Source of the DNA: a virus
Lineage: Duplodnaviria > Heunggongvirae > Uroviricota > Caudoviricetes
Direction: 5' to 3' (one strand)
Virus record (IMG/VR): IMGVR_UViG_2579778786_000004
Location: 1 to 47,988 of that record
DNA length: 47,988 nt
The notes under the pieces were generated by a model. The model was not told the origin of the DNA and did not search any database. It saw only the letters and a list, made by a program, of their open reading frames with translations. Shown here piece by piece: positions 1 through 9,102 of this stretch; position 1 is the stretch's first letter, and every line of letters starts with the position of its first letter. A program made the translations under genes and the position numbers.

Positions 1-933
1 ATGGACAACGACAAAATTGATCAACACAGCGACGAAATTGAAGTTGAGAGCGAAGAAAAAGAGCGCGGCAAAAAAATAGAAATAGATGAAGATCGACTCC
101 CCTCCCGGGCGATGGCAATTCATGAGCATATCCGCCAGGATGGTGAAAAAGAGCTGGAACGCGACGCAATGGCGCTACTGTGGTCAGCCATTGCGGCGGG
201 TCTGTCGATGGGCGCTTCGCTACTGGCAAAAGGGATATTTCATGTCGAACTGGAAGGAGTGCCAGGCAGCTTCTTACTGGAGAATCTCGGTTATACCTTT
301 GGTTTTATTATCGTCATTATGGCCCGCCAGCAATTATTTACCGAAAACACCGTGACTGCGGTACTACCCGTCATGCAAAAACCGACAATGAGCAACGTCG
401 GCTTACTTATGCGATTATGGGGCGTCGTGCTGCTGGGTAATATTCTCGGGACAGGTATTGCTGCATGGGCATTTGAATATATGCCTATCTTCAATGAAGA
501 AACTCGCGATGCATTTGTCAAAATCGGCATGGATGTGATGAAGAACACCCCCAGCGAGATGTTTGCCAACGCGATCATTTCCGGCTGGCTGATCGCCACT
601 ATGGTTTGGATGTTTCCTGCTGCGGGTGCGGCAAAGATTGTGGTGATTATATTGATGACCTGGCTTATTGCACTGGGTGACACCACCCACATCGTTGTCG
701 GTTCTGTTGAAATCCTCTATCTGGTGTTTAACGGCACGCTGCACTGGAGCGATTTCATCTGGCCCTTCGCACTACCTACTTTAGCGGGGAACATCTGCGG
801 CGGCACCTTTATCTTCGCGTTAATGAGTCATGCACAGATTCGTAACGACATGAGCAACAAGCGTAAAGCAGAAGCACGCCAAAAAGCAGAACGTGCGGAA
901 AACATTAAGAAAAATGATAAAAACCCAGCATAA
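1..933 (+). CDS. yfdC: Inner-membrane protein of the formate/nitrite transporter family (YfdC-like); host gene left of the prophage
   Basis: 310 aa ORF with hydrophobic multi-pass core and charged N and C termini; sits directly upstream of tRNA-Arg as yfdC does in E. coli K-12 (recalled). Confidence 0.75.
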   Translation: MDNDKIDQHSDEIEVESEEKERGKKIEIDEDRLPSRAMAIHEHIRQDGEKELERDAMALLWSAIAAGLSMGASLLAKGIFHVELEGVPGSFLLENLGYTFGFIIVIMARQQLFTENTVTAVLPVMQKPTMSNVGLLMRLWGVVLLGNILGTGIAAWAFEYMPIFNEETRDAFVKIGMDVMKNTPSEMFANAIISGWLIATMVWMFPAAGAAKIVVIILMTWLIALGDTTHIVVGSVEILYLVFNGTLHWSDFIWPFALPTLAGNICGGTFIFALMSHAQIRNDMSNKRKAEARQKAERAENIKKNDKNPA

Positions 934-1008
934 ATGGCGAGGGTTTAAGCAATCGAGCGGCAGCGTACTTACCCCGCAGTCCATTAGCGGGTATACTCAT
1001 GCCGCATT

Positions 1009-1083
1009 GTCCTCTTAGTTAAATGGATATAACGAGCCCCTCCTAAGGGCTAATTGCAGGTTCGATTCCTGCAGGGGACACCA
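1009..1083 (+). tRNA. argW: tRNA-Arg (anticodon CCU), integration target of the prophage
   Basis: 75 nt: GTCCTCT acceptor, anticodon loop CT-CCT-AA, T-arm GCAGGTTCGATTCCTGC, 3' ACCA. Confidence 0.9.
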
Positions 1084-1208
1084 TTTATCAGTTCGCTCCC
1101 ATCCGTACCAGTCCGCAAAATCCCCTGAATAGCAAGCCTTCCATAGATTCACAGTTCGTAATGGTTCGCGTCAGATCGTTGACAGCCGCACTCCATGACG
1201 GGTAAAAA

Positions 1209-2405
1209 GTGGATAAAATAATTTTACCCACCGGATTTTTACCCATGCTCACCGTTAAGCAGATTGAAGCAGCAAAGCCGAAAGAAAAACCATACCGCCT
1301 TCTCGATGGTAATGGCCTGTACCTTTATGTCCCTGTGTCAGGGAAAAAGGTATGGCAGCTTCGCTACAAGATTGACGGTAAGGAGAAAATCCTGACTGTC
1401 GGAAAATATCCGCTTATGACTTTGCAGGAGGCAAGGGATAAAGCATGGACTGCGAGGAAAGACATCTCGGTTGGCATAGATCCGGTAAAAGCGAAAAAGG
1501 CTTCGTCTAACAACAACTCCTTTAGTGCCATTTACAAGGAATGGTACGAGCACAAGAAGCAAGTGTGGTCTGTAGGGTATGCGACTGAACTTGCCAAAAT
1601 GTTTGATGACGACATTTTACCCATCATCGGCGGTCTCGAGATTCTGGATATTGAGCCGATGCAACTGCTGGAAGTAATCCGCAGATTTGAAGATCGCGGT
1701 GCAATGGAGCGAGCCAACAAAGCCCGCAGAAGATGCGGCGAGGTTTTCCGTTACGCTATTGTCACTGGTAGGGCTAAATATAACCCGGCACCTGACCTTG
1801 CTGACGCCATGAAGGGATACCGCAAGAAAAACTTCCCGTTTCTTCCTGCAGACCAGATCCCGGCATTTAACGAAGCACTGGCAACATTTTCAGGAAGCAT
1901 CGTATCGCTCATTGCGACCAAGGTTTTACGCTATACAGCCCTAAGAACGAAAGAGCTTCGTTCCATGCAATGGAAGAACGTCGATTTTGAAAACAGGATT
2001 ATCACCATCGACGCCAGTGTGATGAAGGGTCGCAAAATTCATGTGGTTCCTATGTCAGACCAGGTGGTTGAACTTCTCACTACGCTAAGCTCAATCACTA
2101 AACCAGTATCAGAGTTTGTTTTTGCCGGTCGCAACGATAAGAAGAAGCCAATCTGCGAGAACGCGGTATTGCTTGTGATCAAACAAATCGGCTATGAGGG
2201 TCTGGAAAGCGGTCACGGATTCAGGCATGAATTCAGCACAATTATGAACGAGCACGAATGGCCTGCTGACGCTATTGAAGTGCAACTGGCACATGCCAAC
2301 GGCGGATCTGTGCGCGGTATTTACAACCATGCGCAGTATCTCGATAAGCGCAGAGAAATGATGCAGTGGTGGGCTGATTACATCGATGGTCGTGCAGGAG
2401 TGTAA
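1209..2405 (+). CDS. intS: Tyrosine recombinase / phage integrase (IntS-like); alternative start at 1245 (MLTVKQIEAAK)
   Basis: 398 aa; N-terminal motif typical of P4-type integrases, C-terminal catalytic region with R...H..R...Y (HANGGSVRGIYNHAQY); adjacent to tRNA. Confidence 0.85.
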   Translation: MDKIILPTGFLPMLTVKQIEAAKPKEKPYRLLDGNGLYLYVPVSGKKVWQLRYKIDGKEKILTVGKYPLMTLQEARDKAWTARKDISVGIDPVKAKKASSNNNSFSAIYKEWYEHKKQVWSVGYATELAKMFDDDILPIIGGLEILDIEPMQLLEVIRRFEDRGAMERANKARRRCGEVFRYAIVTGRAKYNPAPDLADAMKGYRKKNFPFLPADQIPAFNEALATFSGSIVSLIATKVLRYTALRTKELRSMQWKNVDFENRIITIDASVMKGRKIHVVPMSDQVVELLTTLSSITKPVSEFVFAGRNDKKKPICENAVLLVIKQIGYEGLESGHGFRHEFSTIMNEHEWPADAIEVQLAHANGGSVRGIYNHAQYLDKRREMMQWWADYIDGRAGV

Positions 2406-2409
2406 GCCA

Positions 2410-3441
2410 TTACGCGAATTCTTCCACGATCGCCATGCCAGTAGCACCATCACCACCGGTAAATGCCGTACCGGTAAACCCAAGGTCATACGCGCCACCA
2501 CCACCGGATCCGGGAGCTGCGCCAGCAATACCGGCCTGAGAACCCGCCCGGCCACCGCCGCCAAAATACGACGCCCCGCCGTTGCCCGTCAGAAGGCTTG
2601 AGCCTGTCTGTCCATCTGAGCCGGTACCACCGTTGATCCTGATATCTCCGGTCGCCGCCGTACCTCCGTCGCCGCCGGCGGTATTGGACACGCCTGACTT
2701 CACTCCTCCTTTCCCGCCAGGAGCTGAGAACAGGCTGGCAAACGAGGTAGCACCACCATCCGCACCACTTACTGCGCCAACTCCGCCCTTACCACCCTTG
2801 CCGACAGTAATCGCGTAAGAACTGGCAGCAGACAGGTCAACCCATACGATAATGGTCGCACCCGCGCCGCCGCCGGCACCGGAAAAGGTTTCGGTGTTAT
2901 TAGATGCCTGGCATCCGCCACCGCCGCCGCCACCTCCGACCAACGTTACTTTTGCATAACGGGCCAGAGGAGAGCGCGTATAGGTGCCGTTTGCATAGAA
3001 CGCTTTTGGAGCGCCAAGAGAACGCCCGACAAAACCAGAGGAATCAGATATTCCGAGGTTATAACGGGCTTCATTTACCGCATCATCACCGGCATCTTTA
3101 ATTTCTGACAGGTTATTACTGATCTGCAGGAACGATAACAATGATCCGGCTGTCATTAGATTCGCGACAATGTCATTTGTTGACCATACGCGCGCCGTAG
3201 TTCCTTCCTGACCACGAATTACTGTCATCACGTCACCGGATACAGACGTGACGTGCATAATTTCAGAAATTGTTTTCGTGGCCGCGTCGGTTATCGTTAA
3301 TTTGAAATAACTCTGCCCTGATACAGGGGAAGGGAATAAAGCCCCCGCTCCAGTTCCCACGGTAATAACGGTAGCGGACGCGCTAATACCCGCAGCGAGA
3401 ACACTCTTTGCGTTATTATTGGCTAATAGCTTAAGCGCCAT
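2410..3441 (-). CDS. Glycine-rich tail-fibre-like protein (paralog of the fibre at 8291-9076)
   Basis: 343 aa; C-terminal half dominated by GGxGG repeats ending VEEFA, same architecture as the C-terminus of the 8291-9076 fibre (ends YLEEFS). Confidence 0.55.
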   Translation of the reverse strand: MALKLLANNNAKSVLAAGISASATVITVGTGAGALFPSPVSGQSYFKLTITDAATKTISEIMHVTSVSGDVMTVIRGQEGTTARVWSTNDIVANLMTAGSLLSFLQISNNLSEIKDAGDDAVNEARYNLGISDSSGFVGRSLGAPKAFYANGTYTRSPLARYAKVTLVGGGGGGGGCQASNNTETFSGAGGGAGATIIVWVDLSAASSYAITVGKGGKGGVGAVSGADGGATSFASLFSAPGGKGGVKSGVSNTAGGDGGTAATGDIRINGGTGSDGQTGSSLLTGNGGASYFGGGGRAGSQAGIAGAAPGSGGGGAYDLGFTGTAFTGGDGATGMAIVEEFA

Positions 3442-3785
3442 ATATACCCCAGTTAAATAATAGAATTATCAGAACGAACATCGCAGATAGTAAATGTCAC
3501 GACGCCGATGACAGTAACATCGTCCAGGGCTTCACCCTCGATCGCTTCACCATCTTCGGTAATCAGCGACCTTCCTCTCAGCGTGGATGCCTCGCCGGCG
3601 CAGCGCGGTAATGAAGTCGCGGGTGTGAAGGTACTGGAACCCCTTGGAACTGCGCAAAACTGACTCGCGGAAAGCCGCGGCGATGTCTGAATGCCTAAAC
3701 ATGATCTGCCCTTCGATAAACACTGTATTCATATACAGTGGTTTTAAACAGGAAGCAGATCAAGCAGGCTAACAACTGCTATGCG

Positions 3786-4589
3786 TTAAACAATTATGCC
3801 TCGGCGCAGGGCATAGCTTTGAATGTACGCATACATGGAGGCCTCTTCCGCATTCGTCAGCGCTCTGTCCCAGAGCATTGCCAGCATGATCTCCGTTGTT
3901 GCTACCGTAGTCCCAGATGGTCCACGCGTACCAATACGGAGAGTGGCGGTGTTGCGCAGGTCACGAACGTTACCCGATACCAGTGCCTGTGAAGCCTGCG
4001 TGCTCTTGGTGAGGTTTTTTACATAACGGTTGCCGGCGGTTCCTGAAACACCCGTCCCGTCGATTTTCCCCAAAATAGCCCTCCACCAGGTGTCATCTGC
4101 CGCTGCAAGAGAGGTTGGAAGTCCAGACTCTGCAGTTAATACAGCAGAGTTAGCGTTCGATGCGGTTCCGGCGACACCGGTATAGGATGCGCCAACCATT
4201 TGCTGCGTGCCGACAGCCTCAAATACGATACCGCAACCTTGTGCCGTTACCGAGTTACCGCTTTCAGTAATGACATTGTTAAAGTTGGTAAATAGCGGCA
4301 GGCGAACAGTTTGAGGGGCATATATTTTGGCAACAACAATCATCGTTGGGTTTGCCATTTCAGCAATATTAGTGTCGATATAATTGGTTAATGACAGCTG
4401 GGAACTATATTCCGTTACGTGATTTGGTGTTCCTACAATGGTGGGCTGGACTCCGCCAGCCACCTGGTTTACCCATAATCCTTTAGAGCCACCAAACCAC
4501 ACTCCAAGCAGGCCATCCATAACAGGAACATTAATGCCCATTGAAAAAGACTGAGCATTTACATTTTTTCCAATAATTACTGCACCCAT
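3786..4589 (-). CDS. Hypothetical protein, coupled to the upstream esterase-domain gene
   Basis: 267 aa ORF; start codon overlaps stop of the 4592-6925 gene (ATGGGTGCAGTAA context); no recognisable motif. Confidence 0.5.
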   Translation of the reverse strand: MGAVIIGKNVNAQSFSMGINVPVMDGLLGVWFGGSKGLWVNQVAGGVQPTIVGTPNHVTEYSSQLSLTNYIDTNIAEMANPTMIVVAKIYAPQTVRLPLFTNFNNVITESGNSVTAQGCGIVFEAVGTQQMVGASYTGVAGTASNANSAVLTAESGLPTSLAAADDTWWRAILGKIDGTGVSGTAGNRYVKNLTKSTQASQALVSGNVRDLRNTATLRIGTRGPSGTTVATTEIMLAMLWDRALTNAEEASMYAYIQSYALRRGIIV

Positions 4590-4591
4590 TT

Positions 4592-6925
4592 TTAGGCCTC
4601 TTCAGTAGCTGTAATAATGTCAGCGCCGCACCAGTTTTGCAGTGCGTACGGTTTACCATTTAGTTCAGAAATTGATTCTGCTGCTGGCGAGCCGGTTACC
4701 AGTTCCCACTTATATGTTGATAATGAGTCGTCACTATCAGCGATATTGTGAACGCCAGAATGATAGGTTTTATCTCCAAGCCAAATATTTACCGGAGCAA
4801 CCAGTTTTCTTGATGCGACAATTTTAACTACCACGTCAGAAGCTAATGTCACGGTCAAATCTGAACCATACAAAACCCCCTGCGCATCTTTTATGGTAAA
4901 ACCTTTATCGGCAAAACTTGTTGCCACATTTCCTACATATCCGGGAGTAAATTTAACTGGAGGGACGGGAACCGAAAAAGCTATGTTAACTGTATCTTCT
5001 CTAAAAATAGCCTCGCGCATGCGAAAAACTGGCCTTCCGCATCCCCTTTGCACTAAATCCATAACCTTGCCTGCATCGCATCCAAACCAGCGATATGAAT
5101 TAGCAAACATGTGGTTGTCGTTGCCATCAGGATTCACTGGTTTTGGCAAATGTCCCACCGGATTAACAAATGTCGCCAAGCCTGGATTATTGTCGCAGAA
5201 ATCAAGAAGTGCGCGAGACACCGCCATTGAATTTGAATCAGAGGTATACGTGCCACCCGGTTGATAATTATACCAGTGCGGTGGCAGTGTCTGACCAAAA
5301 ATAGCCATCCCATCCGTGCAAATGTTGTTATAAAGCGTATTTAATGCAGTCATATATGCATCGTACGCCGTTGAACCATCGTTCTCGCCCTGCATCCACA
5401 TGAAGCCACAAAAGCGCGATGTCTTTCCTGCAGCATCTGCTGCGGCTTTAATAGCCTGAAGCGCGGTAATTACGTGATTATAGAAGTTGGGAGTCGCTCC
5501 TTTACTGAGCTGCGCGATGGTCTTTCCCCCAACACCACAACATGCGCCGGCAAAGATTCGCGACGAATCATTATCGACCATCAACCGCTGGTTATGCAGC
5601 AACTTACCGAAGTTAAGCCAGCCAGAAAGCGGGGTTTCACCGAAACTACCGGATGAAGGGCTGAGAGTGCCATCATCTAGCTGTCGCACCTCAATTAAGT
5701 TATTGAGATTGCTGTTTCCTACCGGGCCAAACTGATCTGATGTCGTGCCGCTAACGTAATTAGAGCCTCTCGGAGAATTGCCAAGCATCAGGTTCCCGAA
5801 CATGTTCAATACAGAGAGAGGCACCTGGCTATTCGTTCCGACAGAAAAAGACTGTCCATAAACAATATATATGTTTATATCTGCTGTCGGCATCTGTGTC
5901 AGGTAATAACGCTGCCGAATTGCCCCAGCGACCAGAGATAGAGAGTTGTTAGCTATTCTTGCTACAGAATCGGTGCCTGAAACCTCACCATCAACCCTAA
6001 TTTTCGTCTGGAGTTTGAAGTCTTTAGTTAACCTAAGAAAAACAATCCCGTCAGGGTCCTGCATTGTAATAATGTCAGAGCTATTCCCATCAACATAGAA
6101 CCTAATGGCACTTGACTCAATGCCAATATTGTTCCCAAGCATAGAGACAATTTGTTGTATCCAGTCATATTTAACTGTAATACCTAAACCTTTAGCCACT
6201 CCATTATTGAAGCTGGCGAGAATGCGACCATCCTCATCCTGAACAGAAAACCCATCCTCTGTAACTTTAAAAAAAGAAAAAATGGCATTTTCAAGCAACT
6301 CAGGCATAAGAGATACTTTGCTTGTTTTAAACCCTACCCCGCTATCATCCTCTTCTACTTTGGCAGCAATAAATCCGTCTTCATCGCAAAAATCAATAAG
6401 AGTTTCACTGTCTCCATTTTGATAAATGCTTTCTGCTACAGAATCGGCTTTCACTTTTGCCTCATCAACTGCAGCCTGTGACGGCATTTTCCTCCCGGTA
6501 GGTTCCAGGGTCCCTCCGTTATTAATAACTTCAATAGCCAGCGCGCTATCATCCGGGCTGCGGTAATACGTGGCGCTTCCTGTCGGAATATTAGCAATAT
6601 CTGCCTGTGCATCAGCAAGCGTCATGTATTGCTTGCTCAGAGGGATCAGGTTTTGGCGGGCTTCATCAATAACAGCGTCGGTAGCAGCTGCCATTTTTTT
6701 AGTAGCCCCAGTCATCGTATCCCGGGCGTTACCAAAACGATCTATAAAAGTATCGCTTTCGCTGTTCAGGAAATCATCGTACGCCAGGGCGTTATCATTC
6801 AGATCCTTCATGCTATTTGAAGGTCTTGGATTGCCGGTATTATATCTTTTGTCCATACCTGTTCCTGTCTTCATCTTTTCAATGAAGCAATTAAGATTGA
6901 CGCCCCGCCCCTTCAGGGCTAACAT
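4592..6925 (-). CDS. Large prophage protein with carbohydrate O-acetylesterase (SASA/SGNH, DUF303-like) domain, resembling prophage NanS-p-type esterases; likely true start at 6856 (MDKRY, RBS AGGAACAGG)
   Basis: 777 aa; central motifs GQSFSVG and WMQGENDG match the sialate-O-acetylesterase-type signature (GQSN..G / W.QGE.D); located next to tail fibre genes. Confidence 0.6.
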   Translation of the reverse strand: MLALKGRGVNLNCFIEKMKTGTGMDKRYNTGNPRPSNSMKDLNDNALAYDDFLNSESDTFIDRFGNARDTMTGATKKMAAATDAVIDEARQNLIPLSKQYMTLADAQADIANIPTGSATYYRSPDDSALAIEVINNGGTLEPTGRKMPSQAAVDEAKVKADSVAESIYQNGDSETLIDFCDEDGFIAAKVEEDDSGVGFKTSKVSLMPELLENAIFSFFKVTEDGFSVQDEDGRILASFNNGVAKGLGITVKYDWIQQIVSMLGNNIGIESSAIRFYVDGNSSDIITMQDPDGIVFLRLTKDFKLQTKIRVDGEVSGTDSVARIANNSLSLVAGAIRQRYYLTQMPTADINIYIVYGQSFSVGTNSQVPLSVLNMFGNLMLGNSPRGSNYVSGTTSDQFGPVGNSNLNNLIEVRQLDDGTLSPSSGSFGETPLSGWLNFGKLLHNQRLMVDNDSSRIFAGACCGVGGKTIAQLSKGATPNFYNHVITALQAIKAAADAAGKTSRFCGFMWMQGENDGSTAYDAYMTALNTLYNNICTDGMAIFGQTLPPHWYNYQPGGTYTSDSNSMAVSRALLDFCDNNPGLATFVNPVGHLPKPVNPDGNDNHMFANSYRWFGCDAGKVMDLVQRGCGRPVFRMREAIFREDTVNIAFSVPVPPVKFTPGYVGNVATSFADKGFTIKDAQGVLYGSDLTVTLASDVVVKIVASRKLVAPVNIWLGDKTYHSGVHNIADSDDSLSTYKWELVTGSPAAESISELNGKPYALQNWCGADIITATEEA

Positions 6926-6933
6926 CGCCTTAC

Positions 6934-7221
6934 GTGTTTAAACGGTTAAATAAGAGAATGATTTTAATAAATAAATACACCCCTCCAACGCAGGAAGATT
7001 TAGCCAGACTGAAATCCGCACTAAATTACTCCGGAAACCAAATGGCAGGGCTCGCAGGTGTAGCCAGCGATAGCCAATGGCGGAAATACACTGGCGGAGA
7101 GAGCCCCAGGGTAATGTCAAGACACATACTGTTTTATATTGCAGCTCAGCTTGTTCTGTCTGATGAGCAACTTAACAATGTAATAAATAAAATGCGCGAT
7201 ATTGGCGCGGAGATAAAATAA
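6934..7221 (+). CDS. Small putative helix-turn-helix protein, coupled to the downstream acyltransferase
   Basis: 95 aa; segment GNQMAGLAGVASDSQWRKYTGG resembles an XRE-type HTH; stop overlaps the ATG of the next gene (TAATG). Confidence 0.4.
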   Translation: MFKRLNKRMILINKYTPPTQEDLARLKSALNYSGNQMAGLAGVASDSQWRKYTGGESPRVMSRHILFYIAAQLVLSDEQLNNVINKMRDIGAEIK

Positions 7222-8312
7222 TGCTTGGCCTAATAAGGTTTTTTTTGGCATCGTGCGTCATTGCTTTTCACTTAACGGCTCGCATACCTGCACTTGGCAA
7301 CTTTGCAGTGAATTGCTTCTATGTTATTAGTGGTTTTTTAATAACATACATTTTGCATGAAACATACAAGTTCAACTTCTCTATGTTTTGGAAAAATAGA
7401 ATACTGAGGTTATTTCCGGCATATATATTTTTTCTCGTCATGGGCTTTCTTATTATAAAATTAATTCCATCCGCAAAGGAATTCCACTCAAACTGGACAG
7501 GCAATTTCTTACTTGGAGATTTATTAGGAAACATCTTAATCTTCCCCTGGGCTTTCCTTTCTGATAATGCTGTAGCAAATCCATTCGGTGCCTTTTCATC
7601 CATTTATCACTTTGCTATTGATGGTAATAGATTCAGAATAGTCACATCATCATGGTCAGTGGGTGTTGAGATAACATGTTATTTTTTGTTGTGGCTTTTC
7701 ATAGCCCGAAATAAATTTACAGCCATTACGTCGATTCTGCTTTCACTGCTTTATCATGCTTACGTATATGTAGTACACCATTCTTTTGATATGGCGTATT
7801 TCCCATTCCTTGCTGCAACACTTCCTTTTAGCATGGGTTCTCTGGGTTATTTTTCCCATAGAAAATTCAAAGCTATGTATCTTTCTCCACACAAAGCTTT
7901 TTTAATAACATTTATTTGCATCGGGATTTTTATTACCAATTGGCATTTATATACAATTAATGCATTAGGTCAGCACAACATAATACTTTACTACACCAAT
8001 AATGTAATAGCATTGTTTACAACCCTGGTATTATTAAAAATAAAGACAAACATACATCTTGAGAAAATACTCAAGTGGTTTGGTGATCTGGCCTATCCAA
8101 TTTTTCTTTGTCAATATTTTGGTGGATTTCTAGCATGGCTTGCTATTGGTGGTGAAAATCGTGGCTTATCCATCTTTTTATTAGGCTACCCAATATCAAT
8201 TGCACTTGGGATCGTTTGTGTAATATTAATAGACAAGCCACTAATTAAAATTAGAGCAAAAATAAGGGCGGACGCTCAAAGCAAAAATAATCAGGAAAAC
8301 TCTTCAAGGTAA
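7221..8312 (+). CDS. Integral-membrane acyltransferase family 3 (O-antigen/polysaccharide O-acetyltransferase-like, Oac/OafA type)
   Basis: 363 aa, about 10 predicted TM segments; N-terminal FH and FYVISGFLITY...RILRLFPAY motifs typical of acyltransferase-3; markedly AT-rich compared with neighbours. Confidence 0.75.
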   Translation: MLGLIRFFLASCVIAFHLTARIPALGNFAVNCFYVISGFLITYILHETYKFNFSMFWKNRILRLFPAYIFFLVMGFLIIKLIPSAKEFHSNWTGNFLLGDLLGNILIFPWAFLSDNAVANPFGAFSSIYHFAIDGNRFRIVTSSWSVGVEITCYFLLWLFIARNKFTAITSILLSLLYHAYVYVVHHSFDMAYFPFLAATLPFSMGSLGYFSHRKFKAMYLSPHKAFLITFICIGIFITNWHLYTINALGQHNIILYYTNNVIALFTTLVLLKIKTNIHLEKILKWFGDLAYPIFLCQYFGGFLAWLAIGGENRGLSIFLLGYPISIALGIVCVILIDKPLIKIRAKIRADAQSKNNQENSSR

Positions 8313-9076
8313 ACTAAACCATTCGCTCCTTTTCCTGATGAATAGTTACCATTCCCCCCGGCACCACCTGAGCCGGGGAAACCGCCATTATCGCCAGAAC
8401 TACTGAAGTGGCCATTGCCACCTGTTGATGAAAATGCAGATCCTCCAGTCCCGCCAATAAAAGCATCAGAACCATAATACAGACCACCTTGAGATATTCC
8501 GCCAGTAACATTTAAAATGTTCCCGCCACTTCCGATACCTCCAGCAGGAGCTGTAGCCCCGCCACCACTCCCTCCAGTAGCTGAGATTAAACTTCCGAAC
8601 CTTGTATCACCACCATTCCCGCCTTTAGACGAGACACCAGCAGCAACAGCACTGCCACCAGTACCTATCGTCACAGATATAGTTTCTTTATCAGAAATAT
8701 TAAATAACCCTTCCGAAAATCCACCAGCACAACCTCCAGATGCGCCCACACTAACTGGAGCATTCTGGCCACCTCCCCCCGCTCCCCAAACTTTCACCCG
8801 CACTCTTTTCGTCCCTTTAGTTGGAGTGTAAGTCCCTGACTTAGTAAAGGTGACAATATTAAGCAGGCGACCGCCACCAATCGCTTTAAGAACCTGTGAA
8901 TCATCATCAGGATCAAGCTCAAGCCCCGAGCCCTCAACAACGTTTACCAGCTCACGCTGAAAGGTATTCATCATCTCAGCATTAATTATTGTCGGTGAAA
9001 TACCATTAGCGACATTACCATTAGTGTATTCACCATTAGCATCAGCGGTGTCAGTTGTACTGCCAACTTTTCTCAT
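8291..9076 (-). CDS. Tail fibre protein with glycine-rich C-terminal domain
   Basis: 261 aa; N-terminal ISPTIINAEMMNTFQRELVNVV fibre-attachment-type motif, Gly-rich C-terminus; directly downstream of the baseplate genes. Confidence 0.7.
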   Translation of the reverse strand: MRKVGSTTDTADANGEYTNGNVANGISPTIINAEMMNTFQRELVNVVEGSGLELDPDDDSQVLKAIGGGRLLNIVTFTKSGTYTPTKGTKRVRVKVWGAGGGGQNAPVSVGASGGCAGGFSEGLFNISDKETISVTIGTGGSAVAAGVSSKGGNGGDTRFGSLISATGGSGGGATAPAGGIGSGGNILNVTGGISQGGLYYGSDAFIGGTGGSAFSSTGGNGHFSSSGDNGGFPGSGGAGGNGNYSSGKGANGLVYLEEFS

Positions 9077-9102
9077 ATAAACCTTCTTTTTAAATGTCTG
9101 AA

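Noticed and set aside
2109-2564. Minus-strand 151 aa ORF overlapping the integrase 3' half
   Set aside because: Lies inside the integrase coding region on the opposite strand, with no RBS and no recognisable domain.
3547-3732. 61 aa minus-strand ORF in the gap between the fibre paralog and the 267 aa gene
   Set aside because: No convincing RBS or motif; kept only as a possible gene remnant in the findings.
8517-8831. Proline-rich + strand ORF (104 aa)
   Set aside because: It is the antisense reading of the glycine-codon repeats of the tail fibre gene (GGN complement gives CCN); same explanation for the + strand ORF at 2582-2818.
2410-9076. Invertible tail-fibre segment of the Mu G-region type
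   Set aside because: Both glycine-rich fibre genes are on the same strand, no serine invertase gene is present and I found no flanking inverted repeats.
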